From Octopus vulgaris (lineage: Eukaryota), in contig OX597830.1 of assembly GCA_951406725.2 (NCBI GenBank), positions 61,690,001 through 61,754,000 of the forward strand: a stretch of 64,000 nt of DNA, given 5' to 3'. Under the pieces are notes generated by a model that saw nothing but the letters and a program-made list of their open reading frames with translations, did no database searches and had not been told where the DNA came from. The first letter of the stretch is position 1. Every line of letters starts with the position of its first letter. The translations under genes were made by a program, and so were the position numbers. Positions 14,641 to 28,106 of the stretch are shown in pieces.

Positions 14641-16733
14641 CAAACTTTTGAAAATTTCAAAGTTTTCTGCTGGGCACTGTATATCTTCCTTCTCTTTAGT
14701 TAAATATAACTGAAGTAATTTTTAAAAATCACTAAGTTTCACTGTAAGTGAAACTATGATGTAAACACAAGACTTTTATGTCATTTTCAAAGCCTTTCAG
14801 AGAAGACACAGCTTCCTTCCTCAATCAATAGCATCGATCAACTGCTGTATATATCAGTTATAAATGTGGCGAATACCGAGGTAATTAGCCTAATTTTCAT
14901 ATATGTGTACTTTTGACGGCTTCTCGTCAATTAAATACCTACCCTATGCACAATATAACTTAAATCAGAACTGAAGTGAATTTTAAACATTGCAAAGCTT
15001 CACCGTAATATAATTGGAATATAAATATCTTCTTTCTTTGATGTTTATGTATGAAGAAAGAGGGAGTGAGTCTTTCTGACGGTCCCTTTCTCAGTTTTTG
15101 AGCCACGCTTCAGAGATGTTCCAGGCTTCCTTCCATAATCAATAACATAGATCAGCATAGAAAATTGTGTCTAATTTCATCCACTGTGAGGTTTGGTCAT
15201 GTTGAAATTCCTTCAGTTCTTCTAACTTATGTTGTGTCGTGCATAAAATAAGTACGTTAATAATATGTTAACTGGACAAATTAGTTTCTTTAGCTTCTCT
15301 GTAATGCAAATTCTACTGCAATTTCCTCGTCCATTGGGTTATTTCTAACCTCCCTCGCCACTTGACCCAGACACAACCCAGGAGGGAGAACCATACAGGA
15401 AAAGATGTCTACCTTTCTTATTCACAGCCTTGCCTCTTGTGTGTGTACACCTGTGTAATCAGGAGTGATAATGTCAGTGTGTGTGAGTGTAAGTGCATTC
15501 CCACCATTTCATGGTTCCGAATGAATATGAGCCCGGACAAGTGAATACCAGATAAATCAGAATATCACCCCAATTCGTTATACTAACTTTCATACTAATT
15601 TGTATTTTGATTATTTTCAGTGTTATGTTAGATTTTATTCTAATTTTGATTGTATTTTAACCTTGTTCTAAGTTCAGCCCTATTTCTTCTTCATTGTGCC
15701 CCCGTGTCCATGAGGGATTATTTCGCTTGACTTTCTAACGTGATTGTATTAGAGATGTCGACGCCTCATTTCACCCGTAATCTACCCCACATTCTCGTCC
15801 CCCATATTAGCAGCATGTCATTTGTGTTTCTAATTGAATAATTTCTGATTAATTGGTCAGTATGAAGCATTGGTAATAGATTATTAATTTAAATCCCTTT
15901 AGGGAATTTACTGACCAGTGTTGAGCAGCCCTTCTTCCTGTTCCTTCTTTATGCACTGTGATTTCCTGATATCAGTCAAGCACTGAATACGAACAGGGGA
16001 ATGAAGGGCAGAGCAATGCGAGATCCCATTGTCCTACAAGAATCTGTCTATTCGACCTGGGAAACTGTATACAAGACGATTGATCGGGAAAGAAGCAAAA
16101 CAGAATTTACTAAGAAGAATGGAATTGCTATCGTTTTTCTTCGAGACAGATACGTCCAATTCATCTGCAAGGGACAGCTTCCATTCTAAATGTTACCTAG
16201 GTATAAAAAAACAAAATAGATTTTTAAAATTCTCATTAGAATTGACAATAGATTGCAAGGTGGGCTAAAAGAATTTCTACCAACCGACAAAACTCACTCA
16301 GCATCTTTATCGAAGATGTTTAATATAGAAAAAGACAAAACCTATGCGGAGCAGTGAGACGTCCTTATAATAGCTGTAATACTATAAGGGTATATAAAAA
16401 TGCTAGCCCTGTGTGCGTGTGCATGTGTGTGTGCGTGTGCATGTGTGTGTGCGTGTGCATGTGTGTGTGCGCGCGCGTGCTTATGTGGGTGTGTGTGCGC
16501 GCGCGTGTGCTTATGTGGGTGGGTATGCGCGCGCGCGTGTGCTTATGTGGGTGTGCCGCGCGTGTATGTGCGTGTGTGTGCATGTGCAAGTGTGAGTGTG
16601 TGTGCGTGCGCGTGTGTAGTGCGTGTGCGTGTATGTGCGAGTGTGTGTGTGTGTGTGAGTGCATGTGTGTGTGTGTGTGTTTTATCTTTCACTTGTTTCA
16701 ATCATTGGACTACGATCCTATATATACAGCGTC

Positions 16734-16781
<48 letters not shown>

Positions 16782-16784
<3 letters not shown>

Positions 16785-16970
16785 AGAGTTTTACGAAAAA
16801 ACAAAATACGAAGACAGGTGGTATACAAAACAAACAGATGTATTAGTATAACGCTCGGGAATAGAAAAAGTATTTTACGTTTCGAGCCTACGCTCTTCTA
16901 CAGAAAGGGACACAGAAAAAACAAGGAGAAAAAAGAAATGTGTGTAGTGGCTAACGATCTATCATGGCGA
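16782..16970 (-). mobile_element. Short HHR-like-motif repeat in (TA)n, copy 2
   Basis: Homologous to 7266-7438; TACGTTTCGAGCCTACGCTCTTCTACAGAAAG at ~16876-16907; (TA)n on both sides. Confidence 0.8.
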
Positions 16971-16991
16971 CTATATATATATATATGTATA

Positions 16992-17062
<71 letters not shown>

Positions 17063-17144
17063 GAAAACGAAGAAGAGAGTAGAGATTTATTGAGATCCAA
17101 AACATTTTATCGAAAAAATTTTCTTCACCATATATAACAATGGT

Positions 17145-17217
17145 CGACAGGAGTGGCTGTATGGTAAGTAGTTTGATTGCCAACCACATTGTTCCGGGTG
17201 CAGTCCCACTGCGTGGC
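17145..17217 (+). mobile_element. SINE family A head fragment
   Basis: CAGGAGTGGCTGTATGGTAAGTAG...CAGTCCCACTGCGTGGC. Confidence 0.75.
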
Positions 17218-17438
17218 CAGAATTCAATTAGATTTTAAAATTACTGCTACTCTCCTCTTCGTTTTCAATTGTATACTCTACGGAGTATTTGCAGTTCTTA
17301 ATAGGAACAAGGAACAAGTGGAGCTTACAAGTACAAGTATCTATTTTTATTTGAGTACTATGTAATTCGAATGTTGTGGATAGCTTGCATCTATACCATT
17401 TTATGAGATAATTCGGTATCCGCCAGGATAATTTATCA

Positions 17439-17498
<60 letters not shown>

Positions 17499-17566
17499 TA
17501 ATGTTTGTTTTTAAATTCAGTTATAATAAAAACAATTTCACATTAAACTTATTCGTTACTCAATAC

Positions 17567-18009
17567 GGATCTTTTCGGTTTGAACGGCAGTTTTTTTTAA
17601 TAATTTCCACGTAACTAAACACATTTAAACTTCGTATACTGGTAGAATGTGTTTATAAAACATCTTTTTCTCTTGGCATTATTGAGAAAATTCTATAGTT
17701 TGTAAGATATTTGTTGTTGTTTTTTTCTTCAATTTCTGCAATTCCAACCAATCAATGACGTCTATTGGAGGTGAAAACATTCTGTGGCGTATGAATATGT
17801 CACTCGCTTAAGAAACAGATTGGATTTATTTACATTTCTGAAGAAAAAGAGATACCCTTCCCCCCACCCCTAACCCTAACCCTAACCCTAACTAATCATA
17901 ACCCTAAAACAGATTGAAATACAATAGATCGATACTAGGGTCATAATTATGGGTGACAATTTCATACGACACCGCTAGAAAAAAACTGCCGTTCAAACCG
18001 AAAAGATCC
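17567..18009. mobile_element. Merlin-like MITE with internal (CCCTAA)n, copy 1
   Basis: TIR GGATCTTTTCGGTTTGAACGGCAGTTTTT / AAAAACTGCCGTTCAAACCGAAAAGATCC; 8-bp TSD CTCAATAC. GG-starting TIRs with 8-9 bp TSD fit Merlin. Confidence 0.88.
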
Positions 18010-18152
18010 CTCAATACTTTTGTAGAATACAAATTGATTTTTCTTAAGCAAGGAATATTGACTGTGTACTCGATTATTCGAGCATATAAGCCAGATCGGC
18101 GATGGGTTAACTGGCTGAAACTTCGAAGTCACTATCAATACTATTCTTCTTT

Positions 18153-18520
18153 AAGGCGTGGATGTGTGATAAGCAGCTTTCTTCCCATCCATATGGTTCC
18201 GGGTTCAGTCCCACAGCGTGGTATCTTAGTCAAATGTCTTCTATTATAGCCTCGGGCCGACCAAAGCCTTGTGAGAGGATTTGGTAGACGGAAACTGAAA
18301 GAAGCCCATCGTATATATTTATATATATATATATATATTTATATGTACATGTTTGTACGTCTATGTTTGTCTCCCCACCATCGTTTGACAACCGATGGTG
18401 CTGTGCTTACGTCCCTGTAACTTAGCGGTTCGGCAAAATAAGTCCTGGGGTCGATTTGTTCGACTAAAGGTGGTGCTGCAGCATGGCCCAGTCAAATGAC
18501 TGAAACAAGTAAAAGAATAA
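18153..18520 (+). mobile_element. SINE family A
   Basis: Same head, core and tail as 39261-39666. Confidence 0.88.
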
Positions 18521-18527
18521 CAGAATA

Positions 18528-18578
<51 letters not shown>

Positions 18579-18587
18579 TTGTGTGTG

Positions 18588-18641
<54 letters not shown>

Positions 18642-18887
18642 TGAGGGTACTACTATTCGTAGGTACCAACACGCTAAGAGGGACCAAAGCGGTCAAAACT
18701 ACTAAAAATAAACAAAATTTTACCGAATGCAAAACTTCAAAACACATCATTTTAAAAAAGAATTCAGTTACATATCACATGTGATTTCGCATTTAATGCA
18801 GAATATGCATTACGGATTTTTTCTCTTACGAGGTTTTTCACGCTGACTACTGATAATTTCTTTTAAAGATTTTATCCTCAATTGTTA

Positions 18888-18981
<94 letters not shown>

Positions 18982-18998
18982 CTGTGTCTGTGTGTGTA

Positions 18999-19034
<36 letters not shown>

Positions 19035-19036
<2 letters not shown>

Positions 19037-19185
19037 CTGAAATTTACAGAAAGAGAAAAGACGAAGGCAGGTGTATGAACAACAAGCAGGTGTATTAGTT
19101 TGACGCTCGGGAAAGTGAGACAGTCTTACGTTTCGAGCCTACGCTCTTCAACAGAAAGGAGTAAAAGAAAATAAAAAGAGAGAAT
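19035..19185 (-). mobile_element. Short HHR-like-motif repeat, copy 3 (related subfamily)
   Basis: CTTACGTTTCGAGCCTACGCTCTTCAACAGAAAG plus TGTATTAGT..GACGCTCGGGAA shared with the 16.8 kb copy. Confidence 0.75.
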
Positions 19186-19237
19186 ATATTGTATATGATT
19201 ATATATGTATTTGCATATCTATCTATCTATCTATCTA

Positions 19238-19300
<63 letters not shown>

Positions 19301-19457
19301 AGGCAGGGCTGGCCTGCTAGGTAGCCGGCCGAATGCTAGAAAGAGATCATCAACGATCAAACTACAAGGGAAATTCTCTAGAGGAAGAATTCCGCGAACA
19401 CCAGAACCAAATTTGGCGGGCAGGACATATGAAAAATTTAAATAAAAAACAGACTTA

Positions 19458-19534
19458 AATGCATACCTCGGTTTCGGTCTTTAACAAAAGAATTACTTAC
19501 ATAATTCAAATGTCCGTGACTTCATCAGTACATT
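19458..19534 (-). ncRNA. Type I hammerhead ribozyme motif
   Basis: AATGTA-CTGATGA-AGTC...GACC-GAAA-CCGAG-GTA-TGCATT: stem I AAUGUA/UGCAUU, intact core, minimal stem III ACC-GA-GGU, GUA triplet. Confidence 0.75.
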
Positions 19535-20083
19535 CGGTCATCGAGATGCAAACTGAAAAACTAACCCCAGCTCTCTGTGTCAAGACAGACACGTGCTTAG
19601 TTTTACCGTTTACATCGGGGATAAAATTTCAAATGTTTTGGTTCTGGCGCGCTAAGAAATTCCTGAAGCGAAGGACTGCAGTGAATAATTCATGCAGTTA
19701 GTGCTTACTGCTAGGGAACGTATTTATTTCAATATTTAAGTAATGAGGGAGATAAATTAATATTAATTCTAATATCAATTTAAAACCAGTAGTCCAGCAT
19801 TCAAAAAATCTGAGAAGTCAGAGAAAATTCTAATATATGTGTATATTGGCAGGGCTGGCCTGCTAGGTAGCCGGCCGAATGCTAGAGAAATAAATACGTT
19901 CCCTAGTAGTAAGCACTAACTGCAGTGAATTATTCACTGCAGTCCTTCGCTTCAGGAATTTCTTAGCGCGCCAGAACCAAGACATTTGAAATTTTATCCC
20001 CGATGTAAACGGTAAAATTAAGCACGTGTCTGTCTTGACACAGAGAGCTGGGGTTAGTTTTTCAGTTTGCATCTCGATGACCG

Positions 20084-20160
20084 AATGTACTGATGAAGTC
20101 ACGGACATTTGAATTATGTAAGTAATTCTTTTGTTAAAAACCGAAACCGAGGTATGCATT
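20084..20160 (+). ncRNA. Type I hammerhead ribozyme motif (second copy)
   Basis: CTGATGA 20090-20096, GAAA 20143-20146, GTA 20152-20154; one substitution at the base of stem II relative to the other copy. Confidence 0.72.
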
Positions 20161-20424
20161 TAAGTCTGTTTTTTATTTAAATTTTCATATGTCTTGCCCG
20201 CCAAATTTGGTTCTGGTGTTCGCTGAATTCTTCCTCTAGAGAATTTCCCTTGTAGTTTGATCGTTGATGATCTCTTTCTAGCATTCGGCCGGCTACCTAG
20301 CAGGCCAGCCCTGCCTATATACACATATATTAGAATTTTCTCTGACTTCTCAGATTTTTTGAATGCTGGACTACTGGTTTTAAATTGATATTAAAATTAA
20401 TATTAATTTATCTCCCTCATTATT

Positions 20425-20464
<40 letters not shown>

Positions 20465-20465
<1 letters not shown>

Positions 20466-21753
20466 GAGGGACGTTCAGTAAGTAATGCCCCTGACCCACT
20501 TGCAGTTGTTTGATCTAGCTGAAATTTTGTATGTGCAATTATTTATATCTCTATAGATTAAGTAGCAAATGACAGCTCTGAACTAATTGTGGTTTCTGAT
20601 TTACGGGTGTTTGAACCGAGTCAAGTGTGAAATGGAGCCGGTTGAGTGTCGAGCAGTGATCCGGTTTTTGTATTTGAAAGGACGCACACCACGGGAGACT
20701 TTTGATGAAATGAAAGTAACTTATGGTGATGATGCCCCATCATATGACCTTGTAAAACGCTGGCATCGTGAATTCAAACATGGTCGGAACTCTGTGGAAA
20801 CAGCTCCCAGATCTGGTCGCCCCCTTCTGCCATTGATGAGGCATCTGTCCGTCAAGTTGAGGCTGCCATTTTGGAAGATCGACGCATAACTATTCGCCAA
20901 ATAGCCCATGAGGTCAAGATTAGTACTGGGTCTGTGGAAACTATCATTCATGATCATTTGCATATGCAAAAGGTGTCTGCCAGATGTATTCCTAGGTTGC
21001 TCACACCTTTCCAGAAGCAAGAACGCGTCGAGTGCTCGAAGATGAATTTGGAGATGTGCCAAGAAGATGAGTCAACATTATTCAAAAGACTGATTACACA
21101 GGATGAAGCCTGCGTCCATCACTATGATCCAGAGACCAAAACCCAGTCAATGCAATAGAAGCACCGTGACTCACCTCCTCCAAAGAAGGCAAGGGTGCAG
21201 CCCTCTGCTGGCAAGGTCATGCTCACATTCTTCTGGGACCAGGACGGTGTAGTGATGACAGATTTCCTGGCAAAGGGTACCACAATTGCAGGAGCCTATT
21301 ATGCTTCACTTTTGAGGAAATTAAGAGAAGTTATCAAAATCAAGAGGCGGGGCAAGATCAGCAAAGGCATCCTCCTCCTACAGGACAACGCTCCGGTCCA
21401 CAACTCGCGTGTCGCCAAATCAGAAGCACAGGCATGTAGCTATGAACTCCTCCCCCATCCCCCTACTCTCCTGACCTTGCACCCTCTGATTTTCACCTCT
21501 TCCCAGCCATGAAGTTGTTTTTGAAAGGAAAGCGTTTCCCAGATGATGCAGCCTTGATTTCTGAAGTCACGTCGTGGTTGGAGGACCAAGCTGGGGTCTT
21601 CTACAAAAACGGTCTCCAGAGCTGCATCAAACGATGGTAGAAATGCGTAACTCTGAGTGGTTCCTATGTAAAAAAAGACTAATAACTGCGCCAAGTTTCG
21701 TTGCTCTACTGCTATAGGAAGTGGGTAGGGGCATTACTTATTGAACGCCCCTC

Positions 21754-21754
<1 letters not shown>
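20465..21754 (+). mobile_element. Full-length mariner (DD34D) transposon with frameshifted transposase
   Basis: TIRs CGAGGGACGTTCAGTAAGTAATGCCCCT / AGGGGCATTACTTATTGAACGCCCCTCG, TA flanks. HTH (RAVIRFLYLKG), ITQDEACVHHYDPE, LLQDNAPVH, HPP(Y)SPDLAP. Confidence 0.95.
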
Positions 21755-21802
<48 letters not shown>

Positions 21803-21807
21803 CACAC

Positions 21808-21965
21808 GATATGGCGGGCTTCTTTCAGTTTTTCAGTTTCCGTCTACCAAATCCACTCACGAGGGTTTGGTCAGCCCGGGGCTATAGTAGATGACTCTTG
21901 CCTAGAACCATGTGAACTTAGAACCATGTGATTGGGAAGCAATTTTTTTACTGCCCACCAACACC
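21808..21965 (-). mobile_element. SINE family A 5' fragment
   Basis: CTTCTTTCAGTT...CCGTCTACCAAATCCACTCAC...AACCATGTG. Confidence 0.75.
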
Positions 21966-22140
21966 AAATGGCGTGTGTGTGTGTGTGTGTGTCCGCGCGC
22001 GTGCGAGCATGTATGCACGTTCGTGGGTATTACGCAAAAAAAGGTTCCCAAGTAATTTTCTTGTCTGCCTTACAGTTGATATATGTATGTGTGTGCGTAT
22101 GTTTGTAAGTACGGATGCGTGTGTGTGCGTGCGTGCGTGC

Positions 22141-22220
<80 letters not shown>

Positions 22221-24105
22221 TCTGAGAGATTGCGTATGTGTTGTTCTGCCATGAACTTTACCATTCAGTCAATCAACATAATTTCGGGTGCACGGTTTCA
22301 AGTCCGTTTCATCTGCCATATCGAAATACAGGCGACTCTCAGACTGTCACTGACGCTGTTCAGAAACCCAACCAGTATTAAGTATCGACCTAAAGTATCG
22401 AATTCCATTTCCCGGTTTTGTTTTTCCTTCTTCGTCTTCTACATGGATAGAATATATTTCTTGGTTTTATTCAGAGAAATAGGTTACTTTTAAAGAAATA
22501 ATTTATTATAATGAGATGTTATTGTTCTACTATAAATTAGTAATGCAATTGAGTTTATTCCTTTTATTTGTTTTAAATATTTTTAAATATCTTAAATATT
22601 TAAATCAAAGCATGACCTCTTCTTGTCGAGGGTCCCAGATGAGCCTACCTCACGGCAAGAGGTGCAAATGGAGGGTAGCTATATCAAACTCCATTCTTCA
22701 TCAAGTGCCACATATTAGTGGAGGCTCCTAGTAATAACAGTGTAGCGCAAAACGGCGGTGCATCAGCATGGCCGCAGCTCTAAGCTGAAACTTAAAAAAA
22801 AAATGTTAAAATAAGGGTTTATTTCTTGACCAGTTATCAATTTTTGAAGTGATCATATGTAGTCAATTTGATCTACCCATCGTAATCAAGAAAGATGCAT
22901 GTTAAATTTCCCTCAATAACCGTTTCAGCTCCGAACCTAAAGGATCAAGGGTGGGAATTTAATCGGGCTCTCTATTTTGTTGGGGGTGGGGGTTGTTGTT
23001 GTTGTTTTTTTTTCATCTTAAGCATCCTCTGCTTCTATAGAATATAAAACTATTATGTTTAATAGTCGCCTTGTCTTCCGTAATCCTTATGTTAGAATTA
23101 AATGTTAATCTGCCACATCCGCTGTAACAATACGGAACAGCGTTAAAAAATATTGTTTGGATCCTGAAGAAATCGGAGGATCACAAAACTTCTGCCCAAT
23201 GTTTCGAACACAGTTTCGCTTGGAGGTGGAGTGCATGTGTGTGTGTGTGTGCACACGAATGAGTCTAAAATCCAAGAAATAAAAGCAAGATATTTCAAAT
23301 TCTAAAAATGATGAAGTCATATAAAATAACAGAAACATTTTAAGTATATTATCGAGATGTCATTAAAAATTAATAAGTAAAAAATACCAATTTGAATTCC
23401 ACTGATTGAACTACGAAAATAATTATAGTGACTTCTTACATTGCCAAAACGAAGCGGGTATTATAAGCAAATATCTATAAGAGAGCCGTAGAGTTGATTG
23501 GGTTAATATATATATATATTTCGATTCATGAGAGATGAAAAGCTGGAGAAGTTAAAACATAAAGAACCGCAATATCAACAGCTGACTACGAGAGCTTCTG
23601 CTGCCAAGAGATCATTTGTTGCAAATTCAATAACTTTGGGGAAAAAAACCGCCTCTTTCTTAATTCCAAAAAATCGACAAAGAAGATGAGAGGTTCTTCC
23701 CTCAGCTATCATTCCAGCGTCTTTCGACAATGAAGAGATGGGAATGAGCATAGGTGGAAGTGTGTTGGTGTCAGTTGGAAATTCGAGAAATGGGGAAACA
23801 CCGAAACAAGACGATCAAAAAACAACTCGTAAAATATATTAGGAGAAGCCTTGGATTTTCGAGTCCCTAGAAACAGCTGTTGGGCTTGTAATATCTTACC
23901 TCCTCCCCTTTAATTTTCTCTGCCGTGTGTACTCTGTTTGGTCTCTTTAGTTTGATCTCTTAATATCTTAATATCTATATATTTAAACTTAAATATTCAT
24001 TGTCTGAAAATCTTCAATTTTTGCTGTTCTTCTGTTTACATGTACACACATAAATATATTTTGTATATCAAGCTGTTATATTTGGTTTGTTTAACTGCAT
24101 AATTG

Positions 24106-24209
<104 letters not shown>

Positions 24210-24249
24210 CACGCATACATATATTCTTTCTTTTCTTTTCTTTTATTCT

Positions 24250-24604
24250 TTTATTTGCTTCAGTCATTTGACTGCGGCCATGCTGGAGCACCGCCTATTC
24301 TTTGTAAGCCTAGTACTTATTCTATCGGTCTCTTTTGCCGAACCGTGAGGACGTAAACTCACCAGCATCGGTTGTCAAGCGATGTTGAGGATGACAAACA
24401 CAGACATACAAACAAACACGCAAACATATATATATATATATACATATATACGAAGGGCTTCTTTCAATTTCCGTCTACCAAATCCACTCACAAGGCTTTG
24501 GTCGGCCCGAGGCTATAGTAGTAGACACTTGCCCAAAGTGGCACGCAGTGGGACTGAACCCGGAACCTTGTGGTTGGTAAGCAAGCTACTTACCACACAG
24601 CCAC
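24250..24604 (-). mobile_element. SINE family A
   Basis: Reverse complement of the family consensus seen in the other copies. Confidence 0.88.
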
Positions 24605-25819
24605 ACCAAGAGACGTTATGCTTTACTAGAAAATATGCAACTGTTTTGTGATATTTCTTCTTTGGAACAATTTAAAGTCAGATGCTTACTTCACTAAGTA
24701 ATTCATTGCTTCTATAATGGTAGTCTTCGGTGAACTACCGAAATGTTATCGGTTAGAAACTGATGCTCTCACTCAGCCAACACACGTGGCTTGAAAAACG
24801 ATTAAAAGGTTATATAATTGATAGTTTGTTTCCTAACACGCACTTAAAATATGACCTATTAGGTGTTCCGGAGCGAGGTGACAAGGTCTGACGGGCAGTA
24901 AATATAGGTTGGGTTAACAGATAAAGTGTTCGGTTTCAATGTCCCGGTCACCTAAGTCATGAGTAAATAAACATGTTTAGGATGTTCATGCTGAAGTAGA
25001 TTTACTATTTGCTCGGAAAAGAAACACTTGCACTGATGTATGAATTAAAATAGATACAAGATGTCTTATCTATTATTCATGTAAAATGTTTCATTGCTAC
25101 TTTCTGCTGGCCCCTTACCGGAAATATTAAGCGAACCGTGAGTAAATGAAGCCATTAAAAGAAAACAAAAGTCGTTTATATTTTCAGGTTTTGTACTGTT
25201 ATCCTATTTCAGATGAAACAATGCAATTTCATTTCCTTTTTTCTCCCCATTAAACAAATACAACCGTAAAGAGACATAGACAAACCTTTATTTGCGTAAC
25301 ATTTAATTTACGACTTTCTCACAATAGGATGTATGCACAGTGTAAAGTTCGTAAAGGCTGAGTTGTGGAAAGTGATATAGAATGATTAAGAGTCAAATAA
25401 CTGTTTGAAAGATCGGGCAAACTGTTTTCATTGAGCATCAGATCTAACAATAATCTAAGACTCACATATTTAGAGCAAATATATATATGACAAAATGTTG
25501 TCCTAAAAGTGTTCATATCGGTCTACTTTGATTTCTAGTACCTTCAATCTTTACGCTTTTGATATTGTAAAAGGCTTTTTAAAAACATTTTTGTTTAATT
25601 GATTGTATTACATATAATACAATCAATTAAACAAAAAACTACGGACTGTGAAGACAAACGTAAGATAGAACTCACATTTGGCAAGAAACAATGTTGTACT
25701 AAGAACAACATTGAACTTCCTTGCTGAACATGCACTCGATTTGCTAATTTTGAATAGTTTAAAATACCAACAGACTATAAATGTATGTATGTATATTTGC
25801 ATGCATCCATACATGTATT

Positions 25820-27600
25820 AGATTGTTGAACGGGGAAGATTAGTGCCTCAAACCCAAAACCTGTGCATCAATGGTTTCACTATCTCTCCTGATCCACGTA
25901 ACGAATGCTACAAGTGCCTCGGAAGTGATGCAAACATATCATACAGAATTGTTTTGAATAAAGATAGAGTGGCCCAAGAATATTATGCCAGACTTAGAAC
26001 AATATGGTAGTCAGAACTTTCCTTTTACAACATCCCACATTGACGTTGCACTACCAGTACTGATTATGGATATTAGGGATATTTGACTGGTCTGTGGGAG
26101 AAATCCTCTCCATAGACGTGAAAACCGGAAAGATACTGGCATCAACTGGAAATCTCCACACGATTAATGAAATTGACAGTCTCTACCTTAGAAGAGATAA
26201 AGGCTGTAGAGGTTTCAGATCAGTGCAGACAGTACATTCGAATATCACGCAGCTTCTCACAGAGAGCAAAAATATATAAATATATACATTAACTGAAAAG
26301 TGAAGAGAACAACATCCTTCGTGCCGTCAGCAAACTCCTGAGGAAGCATTCTCTTCCTGATAACCTCCCATACCACCTTAAAAGAGCTGAACTAGCATAC
26401 TTCAAAGAAGACCTCGATTTGAAACGCTCATTATACCGATAAAAGACTACGCATCGGTATGTTTCTCGAAGACTTGAAGAAAACAGTAATATTGAGATGA
26501 AGTGAAGTTCGTGACTGCAACATCACATCACACTTCGAAGGCTGTGCATTTGCAATACAAGAACAGGAAATTACTACGAAATAACTAATAAACAAAAGAG
26601 ACAGTGAAGGGCTTCCAATTCCAAGATGCAACGGTAAACGTCGACTATGTCATATCTCAGTCGAAGACACCACGCCAGTGATTAGCCGGGCCCGAAAATG
26701 TCATCAAGGATATCATAGCGCATACGATATACACTGCCACTGGGAAGAAAGACTGTCTTGAAAGAAATATAGAGAATACTTCGGTTATTAAATACATACA
26801 CAAATGGATGGAGGCACTCCGTCGGTTACGACGACGAGGGTTCCGGTTGATCCGAATCAACGGAACAGCCTGCTCGTGAAATTAACGTGTAAGTGGCTGA
26901 GCACTCCACAGACACGCGTACCCTTAACGTTGTTCTCGGGGATATTGAGCGTGACACAGAGAGTGACAAGGCCAGCCCCTTGAAATACAGGTACAACAGA
27001 AACAGGAAGTAAGAGTGAGAGAAAGTTGTGGTGAAAGAGTACAGCAGGGATCACCACCATCCCCTGCCGGAGCCTTGTGGAGCTTTTAGGTGTTTTCGCT
27101 CAATAAACACTCACAACGCCCGGTCTGGGAATCGAAACCGCGATCCTATGACCGCGAGTCCGCTGTCCTAACCACTGGGCCTTTGCGCCTCCACCTACAT
27201 ACACAAATATCAACTCAAGGAATACTGGCGGCACATTCTCATCGAAATATCTGCCAAGTGAAACCATAATAGGCTGGATATTGTTGTTTGAGACCAACAA
27301 GAAAAAGTATGTTCCGTCATAAAGGTCAGCTGTTCTGTTGATGTGAATATCTCTGAAAATCAAAGAGAAAGCGCATAACTATGGACGACTGTTTCGAAAC
27401 CTCCAGCTTCTATATCCAGGTCACAAATTTACATTTATACCAATAATAATTGGTGCACTTGGTTTGTGAATTAACGCCTAAGTAACAATCTGTATTAGTT
27501 TGGGTTTTCAGAAAAAGAAATTAACCAAATAACTCGCATATTACAAATGTAATCTGTAAGCGGAACAATATATATATATATGCAAAATTTCTCTTGGGCT
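25820..27600 (+). mobile_element. Decayed R4/Dong-like non-LTR (RT thumb to RLE), interrupted by a SINE
   Basis: YKCLG..EYYARLRTIW*SELS, EIDSLYLRRDKGCRG, FEGCAFAIQEQEITTK, FRNLQLLYPGHKFTFIPIIIGALG. Confidence 0.75.
26806..27195 (-). mobile_element. tRNA-derived SINE family C
   Basis: Minus head GGTGGAGGCGCAAAGGCCCAGTGGTTAGG...GGTTTCGATTCCC (A and B boxes); 13-bp TSD TACATACACAAAT at 26793-26805 and 27196-27208. Confidence 0.92.
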
Positions 27601-27745
27601 TCAAATGGGACATTAGGTGCTACTATAGTATAATATCCACTTTGCTATTTGCGACCTACCGCAGATGACAATGCAATCTACGAAACAACCCACTTATGGT
27701 CTTCAGCAATTAATTCTAGCCCATTTATTTGTTCACACTAGTACC

Positions 27746-27930
27746 ATGCTGGCCAGGGACTTTTGTAAAGTAATCCCAAGTGAAGATGAAACGGTGTCCT
27801 TTTTGAGAGAGCACAATTTTATTGACCAGGTAGGAAATGTACCTCCTTGTCATAAATACAGAACACAAGTGTAAGAAAAAAGAAAGGAACAGAACGGGAG
27901 AATTCCGGCCAATATTGAGATGTCGTAATC
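27746..27930 (+). mobile_element. Possible Merlin/IS1595-like transposase N-terminal fragment
   Basis: MLARDFCKVIPSEDETVSFLREHNFID..PPCHK...GEFRPILRCR resembles the Zn-ribbon N-terminus of Merlin transposases; truncated. Confidence 0.5.
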
Positions 27931-28106
27931 AATATGTGGCAATCAATATGAAAGTGAGACCAAGTACTCTGTAAAAGTAAGGGTAGAGGAGAATTTCAAA
28001 ATTGTAAACAGTAAAGTCAAGCCTACCTGGTTATTTATGGAGAGAGAAATGATGTCACCACTGCAACCAAACTCAAGATAATTGTCGGGTAACAATATTA
28101 GAGTGA

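Larger units (their letters stand above)
19302..20430. mobile_element. Non-coding inverted/permuted duplication in (TA)n carrying two HHRs (PLE pseudo-LTR-like)
   Basis: 19302-19730 is the reverse complement of ~19889-20315; 19731-19846 is the reverse complement of 20316-20430; a 39-bp block GGCAGGGCTGGCC...GAATGCTAGA occurs three times. Confidence 0.85.

Noticed and set aside
17865-17905. Telomere or chromosome-fusion scar
   Set aside because: The short CCCTAA tracts lie inside a TIR/TSD-bounded MITE present four times.
19459-20159. Duplicated 80/98-aa ORFs (MHTSVSVFNK...)
   Set aside because: A consequence of the inverted duplication, antisense to the HHR; no recognisable domain.
19848-20315. 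Apparent MITE with 39-bp TIRs
   Set aside because: The inverted symmetry extends ~115 bp further into both flanks, a third copy of the 'TIR' exists, and the interior holds a hammerhead. Better explained as a rearranged pLTR-like unit.
22258-22440. Possible minus-strand host exon with AG/GT boundaries
   Set aside because: All three frames contain stops; no recognisable product.
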